This document shows positions 25,001-37,100 of a stretch of 64,000 nt of DNA, piece by piece; the first letter of the stretch is position 1; each line of letters opens with the position of its first letter. Both the position numbers and the translations under genes were made by a program. The notes beneath the pieces were generated by a model. That model was given only the letters and a program-made list of their open reading frames with translations. It was not told the DNA's origin and did not search any database. Source of the DNA: Octopus sinensis (taxonomy: Eukaryota); assembly GCF_006345805.1 (NCBI RefSeq), contig NC_043000.1:83452001-83516000 (forward strand). The letters are read 5' to 3'.

Positions 25001-27702
25001 TACTTCAAGTGATATAGAGGGAGGAGGAGATGATCAAGTTGAGAATAAAAGTGGTGGAGATGGTCAGATTTAATCTGTGATTATTTCAAACAATGCAGTG
25101 TACTCTTAAGCAAGTTATGTTACTCTCTTTAGACAATCTATCAATAACACAGATAAGATAGATTTCTCTTTGTTAGGGAAGAAATCCAACTTCACTAGAA
25201 ATTCATACGAAAATTTATAATAGCCAGTACAGAACTAACTAACCTGAGCTAGTTTAATAAAAATAGAAATAAAAATATCTGTTGCTTTTGTGTATGTGTG
25301 TGATTTACATGAATTCACCAAGAGTAGGTCAGCTACCATTAATGGTGACCCTCTGAACCTGGTACTAAATATCTCTGACATTATACATTACGTTTGTGAA
25401 GTCAACTTTCCATTTCATTCTTCCAAATTCAAAACTAATGTAATCACATCACTCATTTCTGTTTCTGTTCCTTATAAATGTTTGTTTGTTTTGATTCCCC
25501 AGATTTATACAGTTTGGTGAATGGGATTGTATGGTAGTCATGCTTTTTTTTAGGGGTGTCAGTGAATGAAAATACAGGCATCTTCTGTACTATGGAAGCA
25601 TGCTTTCTCATTTAATTTTGATGTTCATTGATTTCCATGCAATATAGAAGATAACAGGAAAATAGGTTTTATGTTAGGGAATTCCATATGAAAAAACATT
25701 TTCAGGAATGTTATTGTGGAAGATGTAGTTAAAGACATGAGTTTGTTCACTACATAGTTAATCTCTTAATCTTTAGTGAGAGATACTTATAATTACTACA
25801 AAAAGACATCCTTATTATTTTCATTTGTCTTTTGTCTATTAAATATGAAATGATCTATAACTTTACTCTTGTCTGTTTAAATAATATTATTCTATCAGGC
25901 TGAGTCTCCTATGAAAGTACAGCATCTCCTGGCAGAAAAACTACGTCTCAGACCAGATGGACCAACAAACCAGGAACTTGCCAACATATTCTTCACAACA
26001 AAACACCGATGGTTTCCAAAGTAAGTGAACTTAAATAATAAATGAGTTTACTATAGATTTCTTGTTTCTTTACTGCCCACAAGGGGCTACACACAGAGGG
26101 GACAAACAAGGACAAACAAACGGATTATATCAACCCCAGTGCGTAACTGGTACTTATTTAACTGACCCTGAAAGGATGAAAGGCAAAGTTGACCTCGGCG
26201 GTATTTGAGCTCAGAACATAGCGACAGATGAAATACCGCTAAACATTTCGCCCAGCGTGCTTACTGTTTCTGTCAGCCCGTCGCCTGAGTTTACTATAGA
26301 TTTCTGGTGAGTGAAATAAACCTAACAGCATGTAGTTGGGGCTCAGTAGCTACATATAATCCTAGGAGAACTATGAACTGAAAGTTGAGTGAGCCAGCAA
26401 AAGTGTTAAGGCCACACCCCTTGGTGAATAGGATTGACTTGCAAGAGTCCTGTGCCAGCACCACATAAAGAGCTCTTGTGCCAATACTACATAAAGCGCG
26501 TGTGGTGCCACGTTAAAAGCATCCAGCACACATTTGTGAAGTGACTGGTATTAGGAAGGGCATTCCACCATAGAAACCATGCCAAATCAGATTTGAACCA
26601 GGTGCAGCTCTCCTGCTTGCCAGCTCTGGTCAAACCATTTAGCCCATGCCAGCATGACTTGGCAGAGGCATTAAGGTGTCAAATAAAAGGTATATCATTT
26701 GTTCCAGTTCTCTGTCTTCTGCTTTCAAATCTTACTGAGGTCAATTTCATCCTTCATCTTTTTGGAGTCAATAACTAAAGAACCAGAGCAGTGCTGAAGT
26801 TGACTCTATTCTTTGTTTTCTTCTCTAGAAGAATTTGACTGGTTAAGCCTTTAGTGTTCAGATTATTCTGTCAAATATAATGCTTATTTATTCAATTATT
26901 TTGTGTTAATCATGCATTATCTCATAGCTTTGAGATTTTGATGAAGTGATTGTTTTTTTTAGAATGATATTGTAGGGTAGATATGAAAGGCCAGTTTGAA
27001 CATAAACCAGGTAGAATATTTTGGCCGGATATAGCCAGTTTAAATGCCAAAGGGTTAAACAAAGACAGATGAACTCTGCCAAATTTTAAAATACCCAAGA
27101 CACATTGTATGTTACGACAGTACCCCTGCAACTCCAGTAGTTGAAGGCCCAAGACCATTCTGTCATTGTACCATCTTTACCAGCTGCAATTCACATTTAA
27201 TTTATTCATACATATAGTTACAATTTGGATACTGAAAAATCAATGAGTTTCCCTAGTGATTAATCAATATTAACCATTGTAAAGGTGGTGAGCTGGCAGA
27301 CTGGTTAACAGCATTTCATTTGTCTTTATGTTCTGAATTCAAATTCCACTGAGGTCAACTTTGCCTTTCATTCCTGGATGCTTTTTACATGGCACCAGCA
27401 AGGTCACCAAATAACTTGCAAGACAAGGCGTCTTTGAGAGGGGAGGGATCATTGAAGGATGTGATCTTGTGTCAGATGATGAAAGGTTAGTGTGGCAGAG
27501 ACAGGTGTCCTGCTATAGAGAAGGTACATGGTTACCTGGCGAGAGAGAGAGTAATCTGAATGCTAAAGCGTTAAACTTTATTGAAGATAATCATGTCATG
27601 TAAAATAGGTAACATTTGTGTAATAACATTTCTTCCTGTCATTTCAGGCCAGAGAAAAGATACAAAAAACCAAATGAACCAAAAGACAGAGAAAGACTTT
27701 GA
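17701..27702 (+). CDS. MRPL42: Mitochondrial ribosomal protein L42 (mL42), 6 coding exons, 138 aa
   Basis: join(17701-17755,20581-20647,22911-22995,24398-24430,25899-26020,27648-27702) = 417 nt, all GT-AG. Protein MTLVSKCIISVLQRPKISGIPSLVLPTRHNSSG...TFVCWHPEIPFPYEYSKPLPR...GPTNQELANIFFTTKHRWFPKPEKRYKKPNEPKDRERL carries the mL42 motifs VCxHP..PYE.SKP.P and FFTTKHRW.P..PKDR. Confidence 0.92.
18215..18680 (-). mobile_element. CRE-like RLE-domain remnant in MRPL42 intron 1
   Basis: Frameshifted FPSQLETVGLERNDDRRPNGI and KSLTWDVTC.DIFYNAHL, cf. CRE PSxLEPxGLxRxDGKRPDG...WDVTCVD. Confidence 0.7.
19124..20303 (-). mobile_element. Internally deleted Helitron with RepHel N-terminal remnant, inserted into a SINE
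   Basis: AFRYEP...IGVLNSNCHFCKALQFPNEINGMCCSGSKV and FLNNIRQYNSTFQMT...PTFKVQRQVYH. 5' A|TC at 20303, 3' CTAG|T at 19124. SINE A halves on both sides. Confidence 0.85.
20581..20647 (+). CDS. MRPL42: MRPL42 coding exon 2
   Basis: TTGCAG|...AA|GTAAAT; frame-compatible with exon 3. Confidence 0.75.
21143..21362. mobile_element. piggyBac-type MITE (~215 bp, CCCTTTAG...CTAAAGGG, TTAA flanks)
   Basis: Same family at 26847-27054, 41535-41754, ~44740-44965, 45749-45969 and 55723-55935. Confidence 0.7.
21768..21874. repeat. Perfect 35-bp inverted repeat with 37-nt spacer
   Basis: ATATCAAACTAAAGTTATTGAACAAACAAATGCAA (21768-21802) and its exact reverse complement (21840-21874). Confidence 0.95.
22911..22995 (+). 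CDS. MRPL42: MRPL42 coding exon 3
   Basis: TTACAG|...AAG|GTGGGG; NVLVGTTDDNMTFVCWHPEIPFPYEYSK. Confidence 0.93.
24398..24430 (+). CDS. MRPL42: MRPL42 coding exon 4 (33 nt)
   Basis: TTTATAG|PLPRKLPEIQE|GTTTGT; continues the conserved SKPxP motif. Confidence 0.88.
25899..26020 (+). CDS. MRPL42: MRPL42 coding exon 5
   Basis: TATCAG|AESPMKVQ...FFTTKHRWFP AA|GTAAGT. Confidence 0.95.
26063..26285 (-). mobile_element. SINE family B with 20-bp TSD
   Basis: TGAGTTTACTATAGATTTCT at 26043-26062 and 26286-26305. Confidence 0.9.
27648..27702 (+). CDS. MRPL42: MRPL42 last coding exon
   Basis: TTTCAG|G CCA...PEKRYKKPNEPKDRERL-TGA. Confidence 0.92.
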
Positions 27703-27770
27703 TTTATAACCTTACCTTTGTTGTATTTTATCCTTTTGTAATGATAGGTTAATAAGGATATTTTTAAGAA

Positions 27771-27776
27771 AATAAA
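27771..27776 (+). promoter_or_regulatory. Probable MRPL42 polyadenylation signal
   Basis: AATAAA ~70 nt after the stop, followed by GT-rich sequence. Confidence 0.65.
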
Positions 27777-28542
27777 TTATTAAGAAATATTGTCATTTTG
27801 TTGTTGAAGGGATTCTCTTGTTGTCTGTCAACCATTTTCTGATAACTGCAAATGGGTCTTTAACTGTAGAACTTGATGTAGATAAGATTTAATGATAGCA
27901 TGTAAATCATCATCGTTATCTTTTAACATTTGTTTTCCATATTGGCATGGGTTAGACGTTAAGCTGGAGTGCTGCACCAGGCTCCAATCTGTTTTGATTT
28001 GGTAGTTTCTGTGGCTGGATGTCCTTCCTAATGTCAGCCACTCCACAGAATATACTGGGTGCCTTTTATATGCCACTGACATGCATCACCAACATGGGTA
28101 CCATTCATGCATCACCAGCCATGACCACAATTTCACTTAGCTTGACAAGTAAATATTGAGTTAAGGAACTTTTGAATTGAAGAAGTTGAAGGCTGCCTGT
28201 GGGACTTGAACACAGATCTTCTGAAAACATGACGGATGTTCTGCTGCTGCACCAAAGCAATCCTTTGAAATTCTCTACCCATTTTAGAAACTTTGTTCTT
28301 ACCAGCGAGAATTGTAAGTCGTTTATTTTTCTACTTATTTTAGTCAGTTGACTGTGGCCATGCTGGAGCACTGCTTTGAAAGGTTTTAGTTGAACAAATG
28401 ACCCCCAGGATTTATTTTTTTAAGCCTACTACTTATTCTATCTGTCTCTTCTGCTGAACTGCTAAGTAACAGGACGTAAACACATCAACACCAGTATGCG
28501 GGAACAAACAGACACACACACACACACATACATACATACATA

Positions 28543-28777
28543 CAAGGTGGCCCAAAAGTAGGTTTACAGTTATCACGTAGGCACTTCAAATTTCTTTTAA
28601 AACATTTTATTACATTTAAATTTCAATCTTACAAACTGAAAAGGGAGCTTGATAAAATGAAATAAATTAGCATAGAATAATGGTTTCATATTTTTTTATA
28701 ATTAAGATCTAAACTGTTAATATATGAATGCGAAAGAGATAGTTGAATAACTGTAAACCTACTTTTGGGCCACCCTG
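28543..28777. mobile_element. Tc1/mariner-type MITE
   Basis: 31-bp TIRs CARGGTGGCCCAAAAGTAGGTTTACAGTTAT (1 mismatch), TA on both sides. Confidence 0.92.
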
Positions 28778-31700
28778 TATATTATCATCGTTTAACGTCC
28801 GTTTTCCATGCTAGCATGGGTTGGACGGTTCAACTGGGGTCTGGGAAACCAGGAGGCTGCACCAGGCTCCAGTCTGATCTGGCAGTGTTTCTACAGCTGG
28901 ATGCCCTTCCTAATGCCAACCACTCCATGAGTGTAGTGGGTGCTTTTTACGTGCAACCGGCACAGGGGCCAGAAGGGGCTGACAATGGCCGTGATCAGCT
29001 GGTGCTTTTTACATGCCACCAGCACGGAAGCCAGTCAATGGCGGCACTGGCATCGTCCATGTTCAGACGGTGCTTTTTACGTTCCACCAGCACGGGTATC
29101 ACAACTACAATTTGATTTTTATTTTGATATTGATGCACTTGACTCAATAGGTCTCCTCAAGCACAGCAGGTTGCCCTACAATCCAAGATAAGCACAGCAA
29201 GTCGCCCTACGATCCAAGGTACTTTTGAATAGGCTGGGGCTGGTTATGCGAAACTGGTGTAGGATACAGCCGTTTACTCACTTTATTTGCTGGGTTTTTG
29301 CAGTCACAGCATATCTCCAGAGGTCTCGGTCTTTCATCATTTCCTCTGTGAGATATGTATATATGATGGGCTTCTTTCATTTTCTGTCAGCCAAATCCAC
29401 TCACAAGGCTTTGGTCAGCCCAAGGCTGTAATAGAAGACATTTGCCATGCAGTGGGACAACCCAGAACCATGTGGTTGGGAAGATAGCTTCTTACCACAC
29501 AGCCACAAAACCTCAAGAGAATATGAAATGATTAATTTTTAACAGTAGAACTTGAAGTATATAAAACTAAAAATAACTTGTAAATATTGGATTAAAATCC
29601 CTTTGGGATAGGAAAAGTTGAAGGCTGCCAATGGGACTTAAACCCACATCTCTAAAACTAACAGATGTTCTATATTTGCTTATCAAGTAGGAACTTGATT
29701 CCTATCATTAATATATGCTACCTTATTTCAAATTTCCTTGCAATTTAAAATTTGATATGTTATTAGGTGAGAGAATGCCTTTGTTAAACATGCATATTGT
29801 TTTTTAATCATTGTACCCAAAACACATTTTGACAATAGATAACCTTATTTCAACTGAAAAACTGAGGTTTTCAAAGATACATATGCAGTATTTGACCAGA
29901 TGTTCAATGTGTGAAGTCAAATGACCCAATTTTAACATTGGATAAAACACTTTATAAGAAAATAAAGGAAAATTTATTCGATTAATGTATAAATGATACA
30001 AAACTGTGTTCATAAACCAATATTGATGAGCTTTTCTCAATAACCTAGCAGCCATCTCAGGCACAAAAAGAAATTCTCATGGCATTCCCTAACTTCATGA
30101 TGATGTCAGTCATTGGACTGTGGCCATGCTGGGGTATTGCCTACAAAGGTTTTAGTTGTAACTGTATCTACCAACTCCAGTATTTATGTTTATTTGCCAG
30201 ACAACTAAGGGACAGGACATAAAAAGGAACAAGGTAAACAATCAGATCACACTTTAAATTGGTATAAACATAAAACACATTTTGGAATTGCACTGCCTAT
30301 TGTCATTTTGTTGCAGTAATGTCAGGTTTTTTGTGATATCCAGTGGTCTATCATTTAATGCCCGTCTTCTGTGGGGTGGACAGTTTCACAAGATCTAGCA
30401 AATCAGAGGACTGCATCATGCTCCAATGTGATATCTGATGGCCTGTTGTTGTCATCATCATCATCACTGACAATGGATTAGATGGCTTGAATGCATCCAT
30501 GAGTCAGAGGACTGCATTGGGTTCTAGTGTAATGTCAGGTGATTTATCACTGTCAACCATATCATCTTTGTAATCGTTTAATATCTGTCTTCTGTGTCAT
30601 TATGCATTAGACGACTCAGTAGGATTTCAATAAATCAGAGGGTTGATATCTGGTAAGCTGGTCGTCGTTATCATCATCATCATCATTGTAATCATTTAAT
30701 GTCTGTCTTCCCTACTGGTGTGGGTTGGACAGTTTGACAGGATCCAATGAGTCAAAAAGCTACGTCAATCTCAAATGTGATATCTGGTGGGCTGTTCGAC
30801 TAAAGTTCCACACTGTGTCTACATCATCATTTTCTAAAACAGGAGGTTCATATAAGTACCAGAGAACATTTCTTCTAAGGAGGTGAAACTGAGTAGCCAA
30901 GCATATATAAAGTAACATTATCATGATTAAGGTGGTGAGTGATAGAACCAGTATAGTGAGGATAATTTCTTTGTTATTTATTTACCTTTGTTTGTGAACA
31001 GAGTTCAAATTCTGCTAATGGCCAACTTTGCCTTTTATCATTCTGGGGTAATAAAGTACCTATATTCCGCCAAGGTCAACTTTGCCTTTCATCCTTTCAG
31101 GGTTGATAAATTAAGTACCAGTTGTGTACTGGGGTCGATCTAATTGACTGGCCCCCTCCTCCAAAATTCCAGGCCTTGTGCCTAGAGTAGTAAAGAATAT
31201 AATAAAGTACCAGTGAAACACTGGGCTCAGTGGTATCAACTAAGTCTTTCCTCAAAATTGTTGGTCTTATGCCTAAACCAAAGATTATTATTAAGCACTT
31301 CAGGTAACCAGTCATCCATCTAATCTCCTAAGAAGAAGATAAAAAAGCAAACTACTTTTACAGAAAGCAGGATAGCTATTGATTGTGAAGACAAAGCCTT
31401 TCATTAGTGAAGAATGTTCTACTTAACATAGCCTGGTGATCAACAACCTTAAAGCTAAACAGTTTCAGAGGCATAAATTTTGTCAAATGAGCATAATATT
31501 AGAAATATAAATGGAGGATCAATTTCATCTTTACAAACATAACATGCAACAAACTTTGGATGTGGAACATTTAGATAAAAGAAAGACTGCAGAATAAGAA
31601 TGTGTAACAAAAACAAATATAGTTTCAAGCCAAACTGTTACACATGTGTGAAAGGGGAAGAAAGAAATTAACCTGAGCATTACCAAAGTCACAAAGGATT

Positions 31701-32149
31701 TAACTGTGCCATCCACAATTTTGAGACAGTCCTCAATGATCCATGGAGTAGATCTCTCCAGTTAGCTCAAGTTTGGCATTAAGCAAAATATGTGTTGCTT
31801 TTAAAACAAAGAACAGAATGAAGAGGCAAGGTCTGTTATTGTAACATATAGCAACCTATACACTAACTCCATTATGTTTGAGATTTGGGGACAACAAGAG
31901 TGACAGCATTGTCTCTTGGTTCAGTGAAACCTACACCACAACCACTAGTGCAATCTTGTTGCCTTACAACAATGAAAAGACAGTAAGTGAGATAATATGA
32001 CTGACTGCTGGGACAGAAGTTAAGGCAGGAAATAAATAGATCACAAAATAAAGATTATACCTACAAGACAAGACAGAGGCTTATAGCATAGAAGACAACT
32101 AAGTTTTTCTATGAGGACAACCTACATTGAGTAATAGATCAGGATTGTA

Positions 32150-32680
32150 GTAAGTACAAGATTCCTGGCAGATGGGGAGATTGCTAGATAGAGTCATAAA
32201 AGCTACATATGAAGCTTAGAAAGAAAAGGAGCAATGAACTATATCTGGTAGCTAAGAAGAAATACTAAATGCCAGGAATACTTAGATAAAGCAGGAGAAA
32301 TTAAGAAGATTACACAGTCTGTGACATGAAGATTAAAGATATGAGGAAGGTGTTCTAGATTACAAACTATTGTTTCAGTGTAAGTGAAAAGTTGATAAAA
32401 AGTGTATGTGGAATGATTGTGGTGCATTTGCTGTCATTGGTAGAAATAAATAATAGATTAAAATAAAATATAAAAAAGATTTGAAAATGTTACGACAAGA
32501 GTTTGCTGAATGAGGAGAATGTATGAGAGAAAGAGGAACTACTCTGAGTTGATCCAACAGAAGGACCAGCTATTGACATTGATAGTTGCATGGTTGAAAG
32601 TATGATTAAGGATATGAAGGTAGAGTAGGCTGTTAGTGTGTCAGGAAGAGACACTATGATTCTAAGAATATCCAGCAAAG
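32150..32680 (+). mobile_element. Highly decayed RTE-like LINE fragment
   Basis: GPAIDIDSCMVESMIKDMK...VSG resembles the RTE pre-RT AIKxMKxGKAPGPSG segment. Confidence 0.5.
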
Positions 32681-33894
32681 TAGATCACTCTGCTAATCAC
32701 TCAGGAATCTATATTTTTCCTCTTTTAATCAAATGATCAAACTATGAACAAATTAAGAATGGAAGTTGTTCTAACCAGGATTTTACCATTTTGTATGAAA
32801 TCAGAGGTCTTTTTGTACTATCCTTCTCTACTGTTTTGAACACTGGAAACCTAAAACTCTGAGTAACAGCTGGTAAAGTTTTCAGTTTCCAGCATGATCT
32901 ACAATGTTAGAGTCCATCAACAACAAGGAACAGATGAGTTGAGAAAAAAGCTGGGCATAAGAGTAATCAGACAAAGCACGCAAGGGAGACTGATGACAGC
33001 ATTGGTAATATATGAGGATGATAACAGGTGAGTAAAGAAGTACTAGGGAATCTATGTGCAAAGAACCAGTAGAACAGGTAAAGAGGAAAACAAAGGTAGA
33101 CATTGGCAGAAGGAGTGAAGCTGATCTGAGGAGGTTGACCTTCAGAAAGGATATAACAAAGGAACATGTGTGGCAGAATGCTGTACTGGAGAAGATCTGC
33201 TTAACTGATGCAAGCACAGAATAAAACAGGTATAAGATGATAAGAATGTGTGTGTGTGTGTACACGCACGTGTGTGGCTGGGGTGATATACAAAGGATTC
33301 TCAATTATGGCCAGATGTTTCCATCTAACCATTCAACTACTATGCAAAAACTAACATGGTAAATGTTACTCCTATATGCACAATTAAAGTGTTTCATTGT
33401 ATTTGTAACTGACATGATTTTGTGATGATTTTATTGACTAGATGTCTCCTTATCACTAATCACTTTACAGTTTGAACTGGATGTATTATATTGTGAAACC
33501 AGCGCCACAGAGGTTGAACATCAAAACTGAGATGTCTCTTCTACACTGCTTTTGTCATGATTAGTTTTTGAAGAGTTCTTAGAGTAAAACATTTCATATA
33601 TTGCTGTTTATATTAAAGTTTGATCAATATATTGATATCAAATTTTGGCATAAGGCCAGTAATTCTGGACATAAGTTGATTACACCGACCCCAGTGCGCA
33701 ACTGGTACATTTTATCAACCCCAAAAGAATAAGTTGACCTCATCAGAATTTGAACTCACAACATAAGGATGAACAAAACACCACTAAGCATTTTTCCCGG
33801 TGTGCTAATGATTCTGCCAGCTCACCACTTTAATATATTACAAATATATTATATATAAATAATTTCCAGTATTTCATACAATAAAAATTAATAT

Positions 33895-33900
33895 TTTATT
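33895..33900 (-). promoter_or_regulatory. Probable GAS8 polyadenylation signal
   Basis: AATAAA on the minus strand ~78 nt after TAA. Confidence 0.6.
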
Positions 33901-33977
33901 TTATACATTTCATTCCTGTTTTCAAAATTTCAGATGTTATTCCGTTTTAAAGCAATGAAGGGAAGTTGTAAAAGATG

Positions 33978-34127
33978 TTATACTTTTGCTGAGACCAGAC
34001 CAGCTGGTCCATTACCAAGGACTTGCTCTGGCACTGACGATTCGAGTGGTTTAAAACCAAGTTCTTCTTTAGGGATTCCAAAAGTTTGAAGTTTAGCTTC
34101 ATATGTATGCAGAAGATCATTGTGTGC
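33978..34127 (-). CDS. GAS8: GAS8 exon 10 (last coding)
   Basis: CCAG|[13 protein letters not shown]...[13 protein letters not shown]. Confidence 0.96.
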   Translation of the reverse strand, partial: AHNDLLHTYEAKLQTFGIPKEELGFKPLESSVPEQVLGNGPAGLVSAKV

Positions 34128-37100
34128 CTGGAAAGACAGTATCAAGAATTTTATTAAAATTAATATCGATGATAAGGATTGCTTTCACACACACACACAC
34201 ACACACATGTATGCATGCAAACAAACAATCAGATAGATATACACACATATGTAAATTCTGGATTGGTGTCCGATGTGTTTGAAGACCAATGGGAGTGAGG
34301 CACCCCTCAACTTTTGTTAAAGCTAATATAAAACCAAATGTAGGGAAAGGCATTGAACATTTTTGGGATCTTTTTCTTGCACTTAAGAACATGACACTCT
34401 CACATTCCCGAGCCTGTGATCCATATTGGCACTGAGTACATATAAGCTGAATACAAAATTATAAATTAAATGTTTTAGTCAAGCAATGTTTCATGTAATC
34501 AGACTTTCTAAGAAAAAAAGGGAGCCAAACAATAATCAAACATGGCTGACTAGAACAGAATGACCAGAGCACTTTTGCACTGAAGATGTAAAAATTCACA
34601 TCCAATCAAGCAGAAGTGCAATAGTAAAATCAAATCACTTGACTTCAAGAAAGTTAGAACGAAACTATATCAAAAACGTTCGGATGAAAGCTTCCAGAGT
34701 TATGTCCCTTGATTTGGCTTGAAAAGACGGAGTGGTACATTAAGGTGAGATAGGGACGGGAAGGACAAAGTATATATAAGCATAAATATGAGAGGGAAGG
34801 AGAAGAGCACCACCACCACCATTATTATTGATGAATACAATAACATTACTATGAAACTACCCTATACTCAATAAGTCTCCTACCAGCCCAGCCAAACATA
34901 AGAAATGTACAGGCACATTACATCCCCACCATCACTGTCACAACCACTACCACCATCCACCACTGGTAGTTGCAGAGGAACAGAAACGGCTGTGCTCTGA
35001 TGAGTTCACCTCACCCACTTTTGCTGTGGTAGAAATTACAGAGGACAGAAATAGATTTTATGATGGAAAGAATGTCACATTGCGCAATTAACCATTGAAG
35101 TATGTGATATGTCTCTCAGATAAGTGAATAATTTGCAAGAATATATCAGTGCCTAACACCTAATCATTTGGTCCTAGACCTACTTGATCCAGAGGGCTGT
35201 ACAACAACAACAATGCTAATGTAACAATAAAGTAAGAGATGGTTAAACCTTACCTTACAAACTCGTGCCAATTCAAACTGAAGATCTTTAATTGCAGTAT
35301 TTTTGGACACCAAAACTTCCTGCAAAGAAAAATACAAAATCTGTAACAATTCTTGACTTTATTTCATAACACTGTGTAACATGATTTTTGTCCTTGGGAA
35401 GCCACTGTTATTTCCTATTTGCTTACCCCTAGAAAGTATGAAAAATAGCTATTTCCTTCAAACTTTGTTTTTGCTACATTTATTCAAACCCCAAAGAATC
35501 CCTCTCAACACATAGCTATGATGCTCCCACATTACTCCTACTCATGATCAGAGATGCACATTTAGTCAGCCACTAAGGGACATGCTGAAGTGGTTAAGGT
35601 CAAGCAATTGACGAGCAAATCTGTGATGTTGAGCAAAACGTTTGCTATAATGAAATTTCTGCTTCAACAAGTCAGTGCTCAATCTGTCTGAAATGTAATG
35701 GAAAATAGGTCAGTTTCAAAACATGGGTCTTCAGGTCATAAAAGCAAAGCTTGAAGGGAATAATAGTCGTTCCCTTTGATTTCTAGATAGGAGCAAATAG
35801 GAAATAACTCTTACTAAAATAAAAAAAAAATTAAAATTTTGTTACACTGTGTAATAAGTGTAGCAACTTTTACAAACAGTTTCTTATTTTTCAGGGTTTC
35901 TTTTTAACAAGCAAACAGAAGGTTAGGTGGAATTTCTTGTTTGTTCGTAACAGCAGAAGATCATCATGTTCGTGCTTCATGCTGGTATAGGTTGGACAGC
36001 TTGGCTGGATTTGATGGGTCCAAGGACTGCATAGTGTTCCAGTGTCTGCTTTAGCATGGTTTCAGAATGATATAACGCAAACCATGCCTGAACCTATATA
36101 AAAGGGTAAAATCCCCCTTTGGTCATGAATGACCATGGAATTGCACCTAGAAAGTTACCCTCCAAGGCACAAGTCTGGGCAAGTTTGTTTACGGAAGACT
36201 AGAGTCACTCATGCATACCAGCCTCCCCTCTCCAAGCCCATGATGTTATCCAATGGAATGGTATAGGCACCAGCTTGACACCAGTGATGTCACAACTCAT
36301 TTCTACAGCTGAGTGGACTGGGGCAACATGAAATAAAGTGTCTTGCTCAAGAACACAATACATAGCCCAGCCTGGGAATCAAACTCACTACCTCATGATT
36401 GTGAGCCTAACACTCTAACTACTGATCCATGCACCTTCACACACTTGTATAACACTCCAAACTATTAACAGTAAGAACCAATTTCAGTAGTTTTGTTGTG
36501 TCTAGCAAGAGTCATTATGCCAATATTTGTTTCAACACACGAATTCACATAAAGAATCTTGCAAACGAGACACGAAAACAATTTCAGTAAATAGCATCAA
36601 ATACTATTAACTCACAGTGACAAAAACAGTTGCAAACATTTACTCTTGGGAAGTTTACAGCCAGTGAAGAATCACTGGAATATTACTGCTTGGCAGAAAT
36701 GTCATACTTACCTCAAGTTTATGTGTGATCATGTTGAGGGCTGAGGGATCAAGGTTAGAACAAGATAGAACTTCATTGAGTTGGCCTTCTTTTTGTTCAA
36801 GCAATTCCCCAAGAGTAGCCATCTTTTTCTCCAAGAGAAGATTCTTAAAGCTACTCTTCTGTTGCACCTCATGAATCGATTTAACAAACTGGTTGTATAA
36901 TTCGTCTCTCTCCTCCTGGATCTACAGAACAAAGAATAGAATAAAGCAATATTAAAGACATCTGAAACTATCGGTTTTTACTTTATAATTAATTCATCCC
37001 TCTCTCTCGCTCCCTCTCCCTTTAGATGAAGAAGCCATCATGTACTCACCTCTTCAGCAAGACACTTGTTCTTGTCCCTCAGCGACGTGCAACCAAGAGA

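Noticed and set aside
28189-28263. tRNA-like sequence on the minus strand (similar at 29620-29700)
   Set aside because: Has a B-box-like GTTCAAGTCCC but no complete cloverleaf; most likely decayed SINE heads.
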